NCBI GenBank assembly: GCA_905178155.1
Contig: CAJINV010000011.1
Location: 1,633,216-1,697,215 of the forward strand
Direction: 5' to 3'
Length of the DNA: 64,000 bases
Origin: Amoebophrya sp. A120
Taxonomy: Eukaryota; Protista; Dinoflagellata
The translations under genes and the position numbers were made by a program. A model generated the notes under the pieces. It worked only from the letters and a program-made list of their open reading frames with translations, did no database searches and was not told the origin of the DNA. Below, in pieces: positions 1 through 12,761 of the stretch; within the stretch, counting starts at the first letter, position 1, and the number at the start of each line of letters is the position of its first letter.

Positions 1-673
1 GCCCTCGCGGTTTCCCTGGAGGAGCTCGGTGCGAAAACGGGTAACTCCAAGGGCGTGGTGCTCGCAAAAGCCCTTCACGCCGCGAACACGCGCTTCCTCG
101 ACTCGCGCGAGGCACAGGTGTCCCGAAAAGCCGGGGAGCTCGACAACCGGGGCAGTCATTTCTACCTCGCACTCTATTGGGCACAGGTAAGAACAACTCT
201 ATGGTCGTATTCTAGTAGGTCTAAGTATCGGTTTACTTACAGTTGAAATGCATGTAGATGTGCTGATGTTCATGTTGATAATCAAGATCAAAACTAACAA
301 ATGCAAATCATGATCATAAGTACACTGAATAAACTCGTCGTCGACATCAAAGGCGCTCGCCGAGCAAACGGAGGACGCGGACCTGCAGGGAAAGTTTGCG
401 GGCGTGGTGGAAAGTTGGAAGGGCGCTACGGAACAAATCGTGAAAGAGTTGAACGAGTGTCAGAAGGTGGCCGTGGATCTCGGCGGGTACTACCACCCCG
501 ACCCGGTGAAGACGTCCGCGGCGATGCGCCCCTGCAAGGTCTGGAACGACTTGCTGGAAAAGGCCGGGAAGGACGTGCAGGCCGACCCCATCGTGTCTTC
601 GCCGAGCAAGGGAAACCGCAGAAAGTCCTCCGGCGTGTGTTGCATTGGCAGCGCGGAGGTGCCCGCCAACTGA
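1..673 (+). CDS. icd: Monomeric NADP-dependent isocitrate dehydrogenase, 3' end (exons <1-186, 353-673; GT-AG intron 187-352)
   Basis: Spliced translation [22 protein letters not shown]|ALAEQTED...[11 protein letters not shown]...AMRP matches the C-terminus of monomeric IDH. Confidence 0.9.
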
Positions 674-1499
674 AACATGCAGCAGCCACTGGCTCTTGCG
701 GAAGGCGTTCGCTTCAGGTCGAAGTACTGAAGCAGGACAGCATGCTATCTTCTGCTTTGGATGCCAAGAACCGCAAGATCATATCGACACAAACGATGTA
801 TCCTTTATCATCTTTATTATCGCAAGGGAAAAAACAACAGTCCATTTGTGTAGACTTTTCAATTTTTCAAGGATAGTGAACAACTTGCACTGCTATTGCG
901 TCCCTCGTTCGTCCCTGAAGCAATGAAACGAAACATCTTGGCGGTAGTTATCGCTGAGTGTACTTCTTTCAGGGGATGAAAATGAACTTGGGACAGCAGA
1001 AGCTCTGTGGTTGGAGATCTATTACCGCTAGGATCATATCAGGGTTAACAAAGTCTATTTGTATAGCACACAAGACAAGTTGTGACAAGCTTTATCGATT
1101 CAACAAGTATTTTCCTGCGCACATTTATGCGTAGCAGGTCTTTCACCCTTTTTTCTCTTTTCTTCGTGTGTAACCAAAGAAAAACAAAACCGCGGCACTT
1201 TGTGACCCCTGTGTTTATTTTACGTCTGGCACCATAAAAGGGAAACGATCATTGTATTTCTTGACTTACTCAAACTCATTTTCCGCCGGAATGAACTCGC
1301 TTCCAGGCAACGAAACACTTTGAGAACTCCCAAAGTTGGATTTCCAAAGACAAAGTTGGAAAAGAAGTCATGGCGCCAGAATGAAAGACGTAGTAAAGTC
1401 ATGCAAGTTTGCGCATGGTGGTCAAAAAGAACCACTACAGTGAAGACTCTCACACCAACGCAGTTTTTCCCCGGGATTTTGCTTGTGGAGGGACGTGGC

Positions 1500-2960
1500 G
1501 CTGCTACAGGCAATTAAGAGATTACTATATACTTCTTTCCTTCTACGTACATACTAGCAGCGCGCCACCGACGCGGCATTCATGGAGGACGCGCAGGGCA
1601 TCGCCGACGCCTCCGCGATGTTGTCTTCCTACCGCGCCGACTCTTCAAAATGTAAAGAAGGGAAACTGCGCAACTACCCGGAGGGGGATACTGCGGGCGG
1701 TTTGCGGCGCCGGCCCCGCCCCCCGAGCGCGATGCGGGAGGGGGCTCCGTCAGTTTGGCCCGGCTTACCTGTGTGCGTGCGCGCTTGGCGCCGTCTTTGT
1801 TCTTCCGCGCGCCCCCCTTCTGCCGGGGTTCTGGGGCGGCGGGCCGGCCCAGTCGCGCAGTTCGGGGGCGGCGAGGTCTCTCGGCCCAGAAAATGCCAGG
1901 GCGGCCCCGGAATCGCTTGCCGCCTTAGAACTGCAGCGATTTGCGGTAGATGTCTTATCTGACAACCTATACAGAGCCTACCCGAATAGCAGCCGGGCCT
2001 TCGTGTTCGTTAGCTGCAACAGGTGCGTCAGCGAGCGGATAGCAGGAAACGGCTGATCTGCATGAAGGCAGCTGCGCCGATTCGGGGCACCGCCCTGCGC
2101 TGCCGCCGGACTCGTTCCGACGTGCTACGCATTTCCTGGCCGCGCCCTTCCTTGGGCGAAGCGTAGCCCGCGCGCTTGGCCCCGGGGCCGCTGGCGCGCG
2201 GGGGCCCCGCACGCGAGTGCCATGGCCCGGGGTCGATGTGGCGAGCCCATAAAGACGAGGCCGGCGCCAGAAGCGACCTGGGGCGGGCGCGCAGGGCTTT
2301 CCGGCGTTCTTGGACTGCGGGCGAGGATGTGCGGGCGGTAGATAGTTCCTCCCTTTCCTGGGTTTTCCGCTTTGGCCTGTTCTCCCAGACCGATTCGCGC
2401 AGACCTTCGGGGCCCCCGCCGTCATGCGCGCCCCAGCTTGGCAAAGAAAGCAGCAACATGGCGGCCGGATGGCAAAGGGTTGGGCGCCCGCCGCGTCGGT
2501 TGTCGCCCGATCCGTCAACTGAGTAAAAAAGTCGCTGAGGCCCTGGCGCGTTTCGGGTTCCATTGCGACACCGCCGCGGATGTCTTTGTGGATCCTTATG
2601 GCAGGCGGTATCTTCCATGTCCAGGAACCGCAGACGCCGATCCGCAGTGGGTGCGTGTGATGCCTGTCACCTATGGAAGGGGGGGCGGGGAGTTTTCTGG
2701 GCAGGTGGCGGCCCCCTCCAGTCCAATCCGCCCAAGCCCGGCGGGGGCCGTCAGCCCCCCGGGCGGCCGGGTCGGTCGCGCCACTAACTTGCGGCCGCGC
2801 CGGAAATAAGCGAGTCCGGCTACGCCGTTTTCGTATTGCTGTCTGTGATGCGCGTACAGTTGAGAAACGGGCCGCGGGTGCTAAATTTAGTGGGCCCAGC
2901 GGGGGTATGGCGCACGGTGGAAATTTGTTTCTTAATCGTGCCGCGAAGCTGTAGCATTCC
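1500..2960. other. GC-rich island, possibly a decayed mobile element or pseudogene
   Basis: Much more GC-rich than its flanks, with only short broken ORFs; weak terminal symmetry TGCTACAG..ATTAAGA (~1502) versus TCTTAAT..CTGTAGCA (~2930-2957). Confidence 0.3.
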
Positions 2961-3621
2961 CTCGCCAACGCACAGTGGCAGCCTGTGGCGCGATTTCTTA
3001 CTCTGTCGGGCCGTTATCCCTCTGGTGGTGGCTCACTTTCTTCGACGCAACTTTGTTCCGTAGGGGTATATTGCGCTATGCTTAGAGTTTGAAATTGAAA
3101 TGAGGATGACCCTGGCGCGAACGTGTGGAGGGATAGCCGGCCAATCGTGGACTAGTTATTTTACCAGCATGTCAAACATTTTTTTATTTTTACACTTTTC
3201 TTCCTACGTAGAAAAAGCACAAAAGTGAGTTTCTAGTGTGCATAGTTTGATAGGAGCGGACGTCTCTGAATGCAAGATAGATGCGTCGGCCGCAAATTCA
3301 ACGTGTGACTCATACTGTTGAGAACAACTTGCATGGGAACGCGAAGTGTGTAGTTTCTGAGGAGAGATGATGATACTCCGCCCGCCGACGCCGTAACAGG
3401 TTAGGTCGGGCGTCGATTCTTTTTTGCTACGGGTGGACAGGAAGTTTCGACTAAGCTGCGCAGCTATGTTTTGATTACCGGTTGCGTTCCTTGTCTTGTT
3501 GAGAAGAAGAAATATCTCTCGTTTTACAACGGTCAGGCTAACAAAAGTGAACACCAGAGGTCTCCGTTGTTAACACCTCCCCGCCCGCCTTGGTCCTGGT
3601 GTTTCTTCGGTGGATGCAAAG

Positions 3622-5564
3622 ATGCTCCATACCTCCTCTTCATCCCCGGCGGAGCAACGAGATAGGCCATCTCTTCATGATGAACGACCTCTTCCCGACA
3701 GGGATTCCTTGGCGCGCGAATCACCATCCCCAAAAAGCAATGCAAGAACCAGCCGAACGTCAGTCCACGGGGAAGAGGATCATGAGCAGTTTCAGCAGAA
3801 AACACGGCTCTGTGGAGCAAGCACAGCGTCAGGCCCTCGGGGGAGCAGACGACATACGCGGACGTCAACTTCATCGACAGGCCTGAACTGCTTCAAAAGC
3901 GCTGCGCTGCGTCTCAGAACGCCGAGCCAAAACCACGGTGGTGCACATCCGCCTGTTGCACGGTGCTCCAGAGAAACAGCGCAAGACGTGGAGGACAAAA
4001 ATGGCCGCACTTTGCTCCCTGACCAAGAAGCGGCTTTGATCTATCGGAAAGATGATGTCGGCAAGGCGAGCAGCCAAGAAAATCCTGTGTCACCAAACAT
4101 CATGTCGATCACTGATAAGATCCTGGACGAGCCCGAAGAACCCTCGTCGTCCAGTGACCTCGAGCTGATTCAGGTCAGCCTCGCCAAGGAGCTGGAGTTC
4201 CTCGACCGCACGAAAAATGGGAACCGCTCCTCGTGGCCGTCTGTATTGCGTCCTGCCTTCGGCGGAAAGACCACATCTGCTAAGGCGAAGAACAAGAAGG
4301 GCCTAGTCACCACCGCCAAGACACCAACGTCTCCTCATCAAGCGGCAATTGGTACAGCAGAAAAAAGTGGTACGGAGCAGGAGAACCACAGCGCCGCTGC
4401 AGTTCATCTGTCAAGAGCCGGCAATACTAAACAGGAGACGACCACGACTTTCCACACGGTCGCGCGCAAGATTTCGCAACCGCTCAGGGCCCTTTTCGCA
4501 ACACTGCCAGCGAGGAGAAGCAAGACCTCCCGAGACCGCGCTGCAAGCGACGAGGAAGACGTGTGGCCCCTCTCTGGAGACCCACAGCGCGCCGAGAGCG
4601 GCAACCTGCGCGCCGCGAGCAAGAGCCAAACGTCCACCTGCTCCTCCAACGAGGCCCGCGTCAGCAACACCTCCGCCCCGCCGTTATTGTCGGCCGGTAT
4701 TGGGAGCGCCGCAGGAGCCAACGGGCGCGCGCGGAGCCTGAGCTGCGACGAAGAGAAATCATCGCCCTCTACTCCGAACAAAGGTGGAGCGGATCCGTTG
4801 CAGTACGGCAGTCCAGGCGGTGGACGAGGAGTTTCAAACTACAAGCAGGTGGGACGAGGAGGTGCGACTAGCTCGACAGCCTTTCAACAGCTGTCAAAAA
4901 CCGCGGCCGGGAATAGCAGTAATTCACTCGATATTCTGAAAATGCGGTCCGTATCCGCGCCGGGTTTGTTTAACAAACAGGACTTTGCCGCGGGATTCTG
5001 GTACTACCTGGACGGGACGGAGGAGAAGATTGTCGGGCCCAACTCCAGCCAACACATGCGGTCGCTGTACGATAACAAAACCCTGAATAACAACACGCCC
5101 GTTATGAGCAGCTGCTTCGGAGAAGGTATGGGTTACTACGTTGATTGTACCTAAATAACATCAACATCGCGCAATGCAAGTTTAATATCTTCACCTTCAA
5201 TTCCATACGCGTAGATGTACTCGTTTTCGTACTTGATGCCAAAAACGAATCATAAATTTTCCCGACCTCAAAACTGACGCCTTTCTCTATGCTCTCGTTA
5301 TGCACAGATATCTCCAACAAGCGGGTCTATTACGCTCTCTCCGAAGTGTATCCGGAAACTCGCCACTGCTTTTACCTCCCGGCAGTGAAGCCGGTGGCGG
5401 TAGCGGCCTCTAGTAGCAAAAACACGAGAAGCGGGGGCGGGCGGCTGTTTTCCATCGAGGAAAGCGAGAACATTATTGAGGAGGAGGAGGAAGAGGAGGA
5501 GGAGGACCAGGATAGCCAGAGTGCGGAAGAAGTGGATGAGGACAAGATTTCGCGTGACAGCTAG
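3622..5564 (+). CDS. Largely disordered protein with a C-terminal GYF-like domain (intron 5126-5307)
   Basis: WYYLDGTEEKIVGPNSSQHMRSLYDNKTLNNNTPV resembles GYF/GYF_2; a GT-AG intron joins FGE|DISNKRVYY in frame; acidic tail. Confidence 0.65.
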
Positions 5565-6516
5565 TCTTGAGTTGTGGAGTGCGGGTAGAAGTTCTCGCTG
5601 GTCCTTGCGAATTCAACATCTTCAAAAGCACCTACTTCTATGTCAAAATTTTCATTTTGTTTCGCAGTGTACGAAAAATAACAGTTTTTTACATGGAGTT
5701 TCAGTTTCGTAGAGGTCAACATCGTCAACAAAGGAGTAGTGTAGAAATCGACTGATTTTGATTTTTTCAAAAATTTTGGGCTGTTGATGAGATGATTAGA
5801 AAACACAATGTGGCTCTCCAGTGGGAACAAAGACAAACACAGAAAGAGGTTTCGTCAATCGTCGTCGTCTTACCGTGCCTGAAAGTAGCTCATCGCCACA
5901 TGGCGAGAAGACGTAGTCAAATATACTTTCTTTCGCGACGTGATGTAATTCGACCTTAATACGGCGTAGGTTTCCAGACGCGTAGATGAGCAGTGGCAGA
6001 AGTGGACCACCATGGCAACATCGAGTTCCAAAAAGAACAAATCTGTTCCTGATCTACTAACCTCACTAATCAAAATTTCAAAGTACAAGACCAAGGAACT
6101 ACGACCAGTAGTGTCAATAGTTGTCAGCACGTCGAGGTCGATTGCCACCGGTATAAGAAAATTTTTAGAGAGCTAGTTGTAATCAACTTCTATGAAGATG
6201 ATCCATCACCTACAAGAACGAAGACGAACAACAGAATTACGACTTCAAATAACAAGCGAGAAGATGCTCTTTACACATGACGAGTGCAGCCCACAGACAA
6301 CTACCGAGGACGACGAGGAGATATAGAAGTACTAGCACGTTGAAGTTTATAATCTCTAGAGGGAACGCATTCACATACAAGGAGCTCCACTTTTTACTAC
6401 AACCACTTCTATGTTTTTGTTTTCAGTAGTACAGAAAGGAACAAGGTCCGTGTCGTTGCACTAAATACACGAGGAACATTCCTTGTTTGTTCTGCCTGCA
6501 GCCACTTGACCACCAA

Positions 6517-8604
6517 ATGATGTCGCTAATCCAGGACCAGTTGGGGATAAAGGAGCCCCTTCCGTCGGTTTTTCTCGAGGGTGTGCTGGTGAATTATGCA
6601 ATACAAATTTCCCGTAGTACATGTACAAGATGCATGATCACAATTTTCACCAATTTGCAGCGTAAAACTTGTCATGCTAAACTAGGATCGAAGCCAAGTT
6701 TTGTCATGCGGCGACCGCATTTGTACGTGTGCGAGAAAAAGAAATTTACTGTGGATATGAATCTGGGCCTGACCTGGGGCTTTTTCCTTCTCTCCTGTCT
6801 CGTGTCTCCCTTTTTCTGGGGCGACCTCCCGCAGGAGAAGAAGCTGCTGTGGCACACGACGTTTGTGGCGATGATGCAGCCGTTCTACCTCGGGTACGCC
6901 CTGTGGTCGGAGATTGTGACCTATCACATGCAAATAGATACGTCTTCTTCTGGAAAAGTGCAAATTTGTGATGCTCTCTGTCAGTCACACAAAAATCTGT
7001 CATGCGCGAGAAGTAGCGCAAGCTGTCCACTTGTGGCCACCTCCTTGGGAGATGAGCATTTCTCATGCAGACTAGGCATTGCAAAGCTGTCGGAATAAAA
7101 CTTGTGATGCTACGCCCCCTAATCCAGACAGTGTAGGCCACGCTAAACCTGCATCACAAACCTTGCATTCTCCCAGACAGAGACATATTTGCAATCCATA
7201 TGACGGCGGGCAAGTGGTGGTACGAGAATCCGTTTGGCGACTGGTTTTCCTACCCACCAAGTGAGCAAATTTGGTACGGGACTGGGTTGTCCTGCGGCTT
7301 CATGGCGATGGACAGCATGGCCATGGCCATCTGGCCCCGGCAGCTGATGAAGGCGCTACGCAAGTCGATGTACATCCAGATGTGGGTGCACCACGTGTTT
7401 TCCCTGATCTTCTGGCCCTACGCCCTGTCCGCACACCGTGCGGCGATTCCCATCGCGTACTTTGTCCTCACCGAGATTTATCCCACAGAAAAAAGCTGGC
7501 AGGTCAGATTTGTAATGCAAAAATAAACACACAGAAAAATCTGTCATAGGCGAGGCCATAGCATGCTGTTTAGGGCATGCAATACAGATTTTTTTGTCTA
7601 TTTATTTTTGCATTACAAATATGCCCTGCCAGCTTTTTTCTCTGGGATAAGGTTAGCAACCCCTGCGTGAATTTCCGATGGCTGCTGGAAAACCGACCGG
7701 GCTGGGACACGTCTGTGATGTACTACACGGCGGGCATCACCTATGGAAGCGTCAGGTTTGAAATCGTCAAAGTTGAAATAATCTGCAATGCATAAAATGC
7801 ATGACCCGAGGTGCGTGCGTTGCAGAGCAGGCAAGTGAGGCCGATTGTAAGCCTGTTTGGGGTTACAGCTCGAGCTGCTAAAGTAGCATGAGAAAATCGC
7901 TCTTCTTTGCCTAAACAGCATGACAAACTGGATTTACGGACCACCAAAATTTGTCATGCGCCACTTGAAAACTGGGCTCCAACTGGCATCCATTTTATGC
8001 ATGACAAATTATTTCAACTTTGTCGATTTCAACTCTGACACATCCATATCACCATGCTGCTCGTCTTCTTCGTCGTGCGCATACTCCCCATGCCCTGGTT
8101 TCTCTTCCACATGCTGCGGCCCAGCAGCTATCAACTGCAAATATGTCTGGGTCTGGAAGAAAGCAGGAGTTTGTCATGCAGATTTTGCATGCCCCATGAG
8201 GTCTGTGATGCATGCCCTAGCATCAGAGATTCTGCGAGGGCTTTCTGATGCTCACACAGCATGAGAAGTGCTCTCTCCGCGTAGCACACATTGCGCCTCT
8301 ACTTTATTTGCTGTTCATGCAATACAGATTTTATGTAGAGTGCAAAGGTAGCATCACAAGTTCCATCCTTCCAGACCCAGACAGATTTGCAACGCATAGC
8401 AGCTACGACGGAGCAACGTGGTTCCAGATGGTCACCCTGTTTCTGCTCGGACTCATTCCCTTCGCGCTCAACGCGTTCTGGTTTAAACTGATGGTCCGAA
8501 AGGCGTTCCGCGTGCTCTCCAACGTATTGAAAGGATCCTCACGCAGTGAAGAAAAAGGAAAAGCGGAAACACCGGAGCAAGCAGAAATGAGAAAAACGAA
8601 GTAA
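6517..8604 (+). CDS. TLC (TRAM/LAG1/CLN8) domain membrane protein, ~290 aa, split by 5 introners
   Basis: Spliced motifs MWVHHVF, LTE(I/V)SNPCVNFRWLL, FFVVRI and LNAFWF; spliced length 873 nt is in frame. Confidence 0.85.
6595..6757. mobile_element. Introner, singleton, weak TIR, stop-free and in frame
   Basis: TGAAT DR; TATGCAATACAAATTTC...GAAATTTACTGTGGATA; removal gives VLVNLGLTW. Confidence 0.7.
6922..7200. mobile_element. Introner family A (degenerate, reverse orientation)
   Basis: TGACC/TGACG DR; TIR TGCAAATA..TCTGG / CCAGA..TATTTGCA; restores IVTAGKWW. Confidence 0.8.
7479..7649. mobile_element. Introner, singleton, ~45-nt TIR
   Basis: AGATT/AGGTT DR; TATCCCACAGAAAAAAGCTGGCAGG / CCTGCCAGCTTTTTTCTCTGGGATA. 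Confidence 0.9.
7742..8048. mobile_element. Introner family C
   Basis: TCACC DR; TIR TGAAATCGTCAAAGTTGAAATAAT / ATTATTTCAACTTTGTCGATTTCA; restores AGITMLLVFF. Confidence 0.9.
8129..8398. mobile_element. Introner family A
   Basis: GCAGC DR; TIR TGCAAATATGTCTGGGTCTGGAAG / CTTCCAGACCCAGACAGATTTGCA. Confidence 0.92.
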
Positions 8605-10252
8605 GTAGCGAGTTTTTGAACAGAATCTGAAACACAGAAAATGTGGCGCGGACTGCAAAAAAATCAGCGTCACGTGGTGCACGACGCATGTGCTACGTTT
8701 TGACTATTTCTCGGGGCAATGTAGAATCTGAATCGTCAGTGTGTAGTCTTGCCTGACTTGCGAATAAAATTTTCAAATCGACTCCGCCCGCGCGTATTTT
8801 CAACACGACCAATTTGGCTGCAACCAAGAACATGACTGCGGCTGTGCCTCACTTGACTCGTCACAAGGCATCAAATCAAATTTTTTGGCCTTTGGTTCGG
8901 CTTCCATTCTGCGAACAGAATCTTCAACAGTAGCGTCTTCTACTACATGCAGTTGCGCAAGTTCACCGTGAAGCCTCCTGTTTGATGCCTCATCTCTTGT
9001 GTTCATTGCTCCTGGCTGCTCGCCCACCTTTGATAAATTTTTAGGATAGTTAGAGCTACAACTTATATGTGATTCATTCCTACTAGAAAGAGCACCAACA
9101 CGACTCCACAAGAAGCATAGTGTCACTGAGCAGTACGAATGACAACACTTCTCACATCTCGCAACATCTTCCGCTCCTCCTATCTATCAACACCATCGTC
9201 GCTTATACATGATTTTTTTTCGTGGTAAAAGGTATTAATTTGTGCTTCTCACACAAGGAACCCTGCCTATTAAATAATTTCCGTGAGTGCGTCGACGCGC
9301 ACGCTGCACTTCCATACATTTTTCGATTTCGAAGCATAACTAAGTATGCAGGGTAGCGTAGTGTTAATGTACCACTACAGGATGCCGACGAGAAGTACTT
9401 ACCTCTTGAGAGTTTCTGGAACCGTAGATAGTATAGATGCATGTTTAGGTAGATACTTACATGCTACTTAGATATGAAAAGTGCAACCCCGTTGTAGACA
9501 ACATTTTTACAACCTTCGCCTCCCTCCAGAAGGACTCTGTATAGCTGTGACTCGTCGCCTCCTCCTGTAAAACAAGATGCAGTAGCTAAAGTTTCGCACA
9601 AAAAAGTACAGCAAGATAAAAATCCTTTCGTTGTCGTCCCCGAGGAGTTGTTGTTTTCGTTCTGCTCCGTTTTGCTTCTGAGCTGCGCCAGCTCTTCGTT
9701 AGTTGCTTTTCTTACTGCCTGCTGCCACTGGAACAACGAACCCGGGGCGAAGACGATGGTCCAGTTGTGTTGACCACACGCGAGCAGGACCATCCTTTGG
9801 CATTCTTGCGGAGAGCAAAGTGCTGTGGCGAACGCGAATCGAAGATGCGCACCGCCGCGCTGGAACTACTGGACGAGTCCTCCCCATGTAATTCATCATC
9901 ATCTTCTCAGCGGAAAGGGAAAGCTGCATGCTGATGCTTTGCGATTGCCTAGAAGCGAGGACGAAGTAGCGGCGGCCCTAGGAAAATGTAGCACCAGGCA
10001 GGTTGTACTAGTTGTTCCTGACGCGCTACAATCTTCTCCGACATCAACAGTGAGAAGTATGTACAACTAAGAAAGGCCAACGTCTTCTTGTTCGCACCCT
10101 GGACCGCAACGGCCGCTGGAGCTACCCCGTTGATATTGAAACTGGTGTGAAGATTCTTGGAGCCAGTTCTTCTACAACTGCCTTCGAAGGAGTTCATCCC
10201 GAAGTACCCGTGCGTAACGACTTCCGCATAACAACGAACCAAAGTTATCAAC

Positions 10253-12761
10253 ATGGGTGCCTACTTGTCCGAGCCCAAGCGCGATAAGGACTCTGAGAAC
10301 CAATCCGGAGATGGGTGGGACCTCGGTGCCTCGTCCATGCAGGGTTGGCGGGCCAACATGGAGGACGCGCACCTGGTACTCCCGAGCTTCGGAGGCGACA
10401 GCGACACCTTCCTTGTGGGCGTGTTTGACGGCCATGGGGGGCAGGAGGTGGCAAAATTTGTCGCAAAACACCTCGGCGAGGAGGTGCTGGCAAACGAGTA
10501 TTATATATGATACAGTGCAGCTAATTTCTTGTTCTAGGGAATGCGAATGGTAGTTTATACCACAACAATGTACACGATAATGTTAATGCCGGCGACTGAA
10601 ACAGAAACAAAGACAAACGCATATAAAGGAATCTTCTGAATTATAGGCACTACCAGGGCGGAGATGGGAACATAGGGGAAGCGCTGCGATCAAGTTTCCT
10701 GATATCAACTGCAAATATGTCTGGGTCTGGAAGATTCCGGGATTTGTGATGCATATTTTGCATGATCCATGATGCACGTAATGCATGCCCTAGCATCACA
10801 GATTTTATGCGAGCTTCCTGCTGCCTATACCGCATCAGAAATGCCCTCTGGCTATGACAAAAACTGGACCTCTCTTGGCGTTCATGCAATACAGATTTAT
10901 TGTAGAATCCAAAGACAGCATGACAAGTTGCAATCTTCCAGACCCAGACATTTTTGCAGTCCAGGCCTGAACATGGATGACAAACTCTTCCGGCCGCATT
11001 ACCGAAAGGAACTGGCACGATGGAAAAACAAAGGTAGATGCTTTGGTAGCAGCTAGTTACTATCAAACAAAAAAACTTTCTCGTCACGATCACTCATGCG
11101 CATCTTTGCAATACAAAACTGTTTGTCATGCGTAAAAACAAAAAGGCATCACAGCGGCCAAACTTCATAAGGGATTTCCCTAGTGTTCCTGCAATACAAG
11201 TTGTAAAAGCTGTGATGCTAAAGAAATTTGCAATGCAAAACCTGCAACCTCCCAGGTAGTGCCCAGAACATTTTTGCGCAGATCGTGCAGTTGGCAAGTG
11301 CGAACGAGGACGGCGGGCCCGACCCCTTCAGCGGGCTCGGAGGGCCATATACATTGCAAAAGTATTGTAGACTCGTACTGATTGCGGATATACATGACAA
11401 ATCTGCTTCCCAAGGTAAACCAGCATGACAAACTCCATTTTGAATGCTGAGAAAATTTGTAATGCAATTTGTACTACAGCTACTAGTACTAGCGCGATAC
11501 ATTTTTTGCAATGCATAGGCCAAGTTCTGCGACAAGTGCGAACGAAGACGAGGAAAAGGCAAAGGAGGAAGAAGAGGATTTTCCACCAGAGCTGAAAGAC
11601 ACCGACCCAAAGGACCAAGTACAGGCCGGGTGCACCGCCGTCGTAGCGTGGCGGAGAAAAAACAAACTCATCGTCGCAAACGCGGGGGACAGCAGGGCAG
11701 TGCTGTATTGAGTGAAGTGTTGCTGTCGCTTTCGCTTTGTCGCAAGAAAAATCAAACTGTTTGCGTTTCATTGTAAAGTAAAAAAACCTTTATTTGACAA
11801 AGAAGACCACGAGCTTGTCATCACCATGATCCTGCTAGAAATGCAAAATCACCAAACCATTCGGGAGACATCGACATATCAATATCAGGTGCCGGGACGG
11901 CGTTGCAGTCGCCTTGTCAAATGACCACAAACCAGAGTTGCCGGAAGAAACGGACCGGATTAAGAAGGCGGCCGGGTGGATAGAAAACGGCAGGGTGAAC
12001 GGAAATTTGAACTTGTCACGGGCAATAGGCGACCTCACGTACTACAGGATCATGCACCATTGATTTGTCATGCTACGACGGTCGACCCTCGTGCTAGAGC
12101 TAGCACCACTGCAACAAAAAATATTTCGTTCTGTTGAAGATGCGCTCTATTTCATGCGGCGAAACTGCTCAACCGCGCTCGTTTTTTTACAAGTGAACAA
12201 AAAACCTTGAGGTACAAGAAAAACTCGTCCCTGACACCCGAAGAGCAGGCAATCACCGCCAACCCGGAGCTCACAACCTGGGAATTGCAGGACACAGACG
12301 AGTTCATCATAATGGGATGCGACGTATGCATTGCAAAAGCATCGTACTAGTATAAATCGCAATACAAGTTTTTTCAGAAGGAAAAATTGAGTTTGTAATG
12401 TTGACAAGATTTGTCATGCATGATTGCAATTAGTACGAGTACGATACTTTTGCACAGGATGCGACGGAATCTGGGAGATTAAGAGCAACCAGGAAGTGTG
12501 CGAGTATAGAGAAATGATTTGATGATTTTTGTTATGCTGTAACCGCATGATGAGTATTTTTTGTCATGCTGAGACTGCATCTACTTAAAACTAAACAGCT
12601 TCGTGAAGCAGCGGCTGCCAGACACGCTGAAGGAGAAGAAGCCACTGTCCAGCATATGCGAGGAGTTCATGGATTCAATTCTATCCGAAGATATCACCAA
12701 GACCGAGGGAATGGGTTGTGACAACATGACCATGATCATTATTTTGCTGAAAAAGGACTGA
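10253..12761 (+). CDS. PP2C/PPM Ser/Thr phosphatase, ~366 aa, 8 introns (10498-10646, introner 10703, 11034-11255, introner 11348, 11705-11888, 12039-12211, introner 12325, 12504-12598)
   Basis: MGAYLSEP myristoylation-type start, [63 protein letters not shown]; spliced length 1101 nt. Confidence 0.95.
10703..10965. mobile_element. Introner family A (3' terminus CAGG instead of CATA)
   Basis: CCTGA DR; family A TIR; restores ALRSSFLNMDD. Confidence 0.9.
11348..11517. mobile_element. Introner family B
   Basis: GGCCA DR; TATACATTGCAAAAGTAT / ATACATTTTTTGCAATGCATA. Confidence 0.85.
12325..12461. mobile_element. Introner family B inside the PP2C GCDG metal-binding motif
   Basis: CGACG DR; TGCAAAAGCATCGTACT / AGTACGATACTTTTGCA; core ends ATG. 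Confidence 0.9.

Noticed and set aside
8800-10250. Gene in the spacer upstream of PP2C
   Set aside because: Only short ORFs without recognisable motifs or a consistent exon chain; cannot be excluded without RNA data
10253-12761. Reading the introner-split genes as pseudogenes or as using a variant genetic code
   Set aside because: Exons are intact with catalytic residues preserved; stops and frameshifts fall only within the inserts
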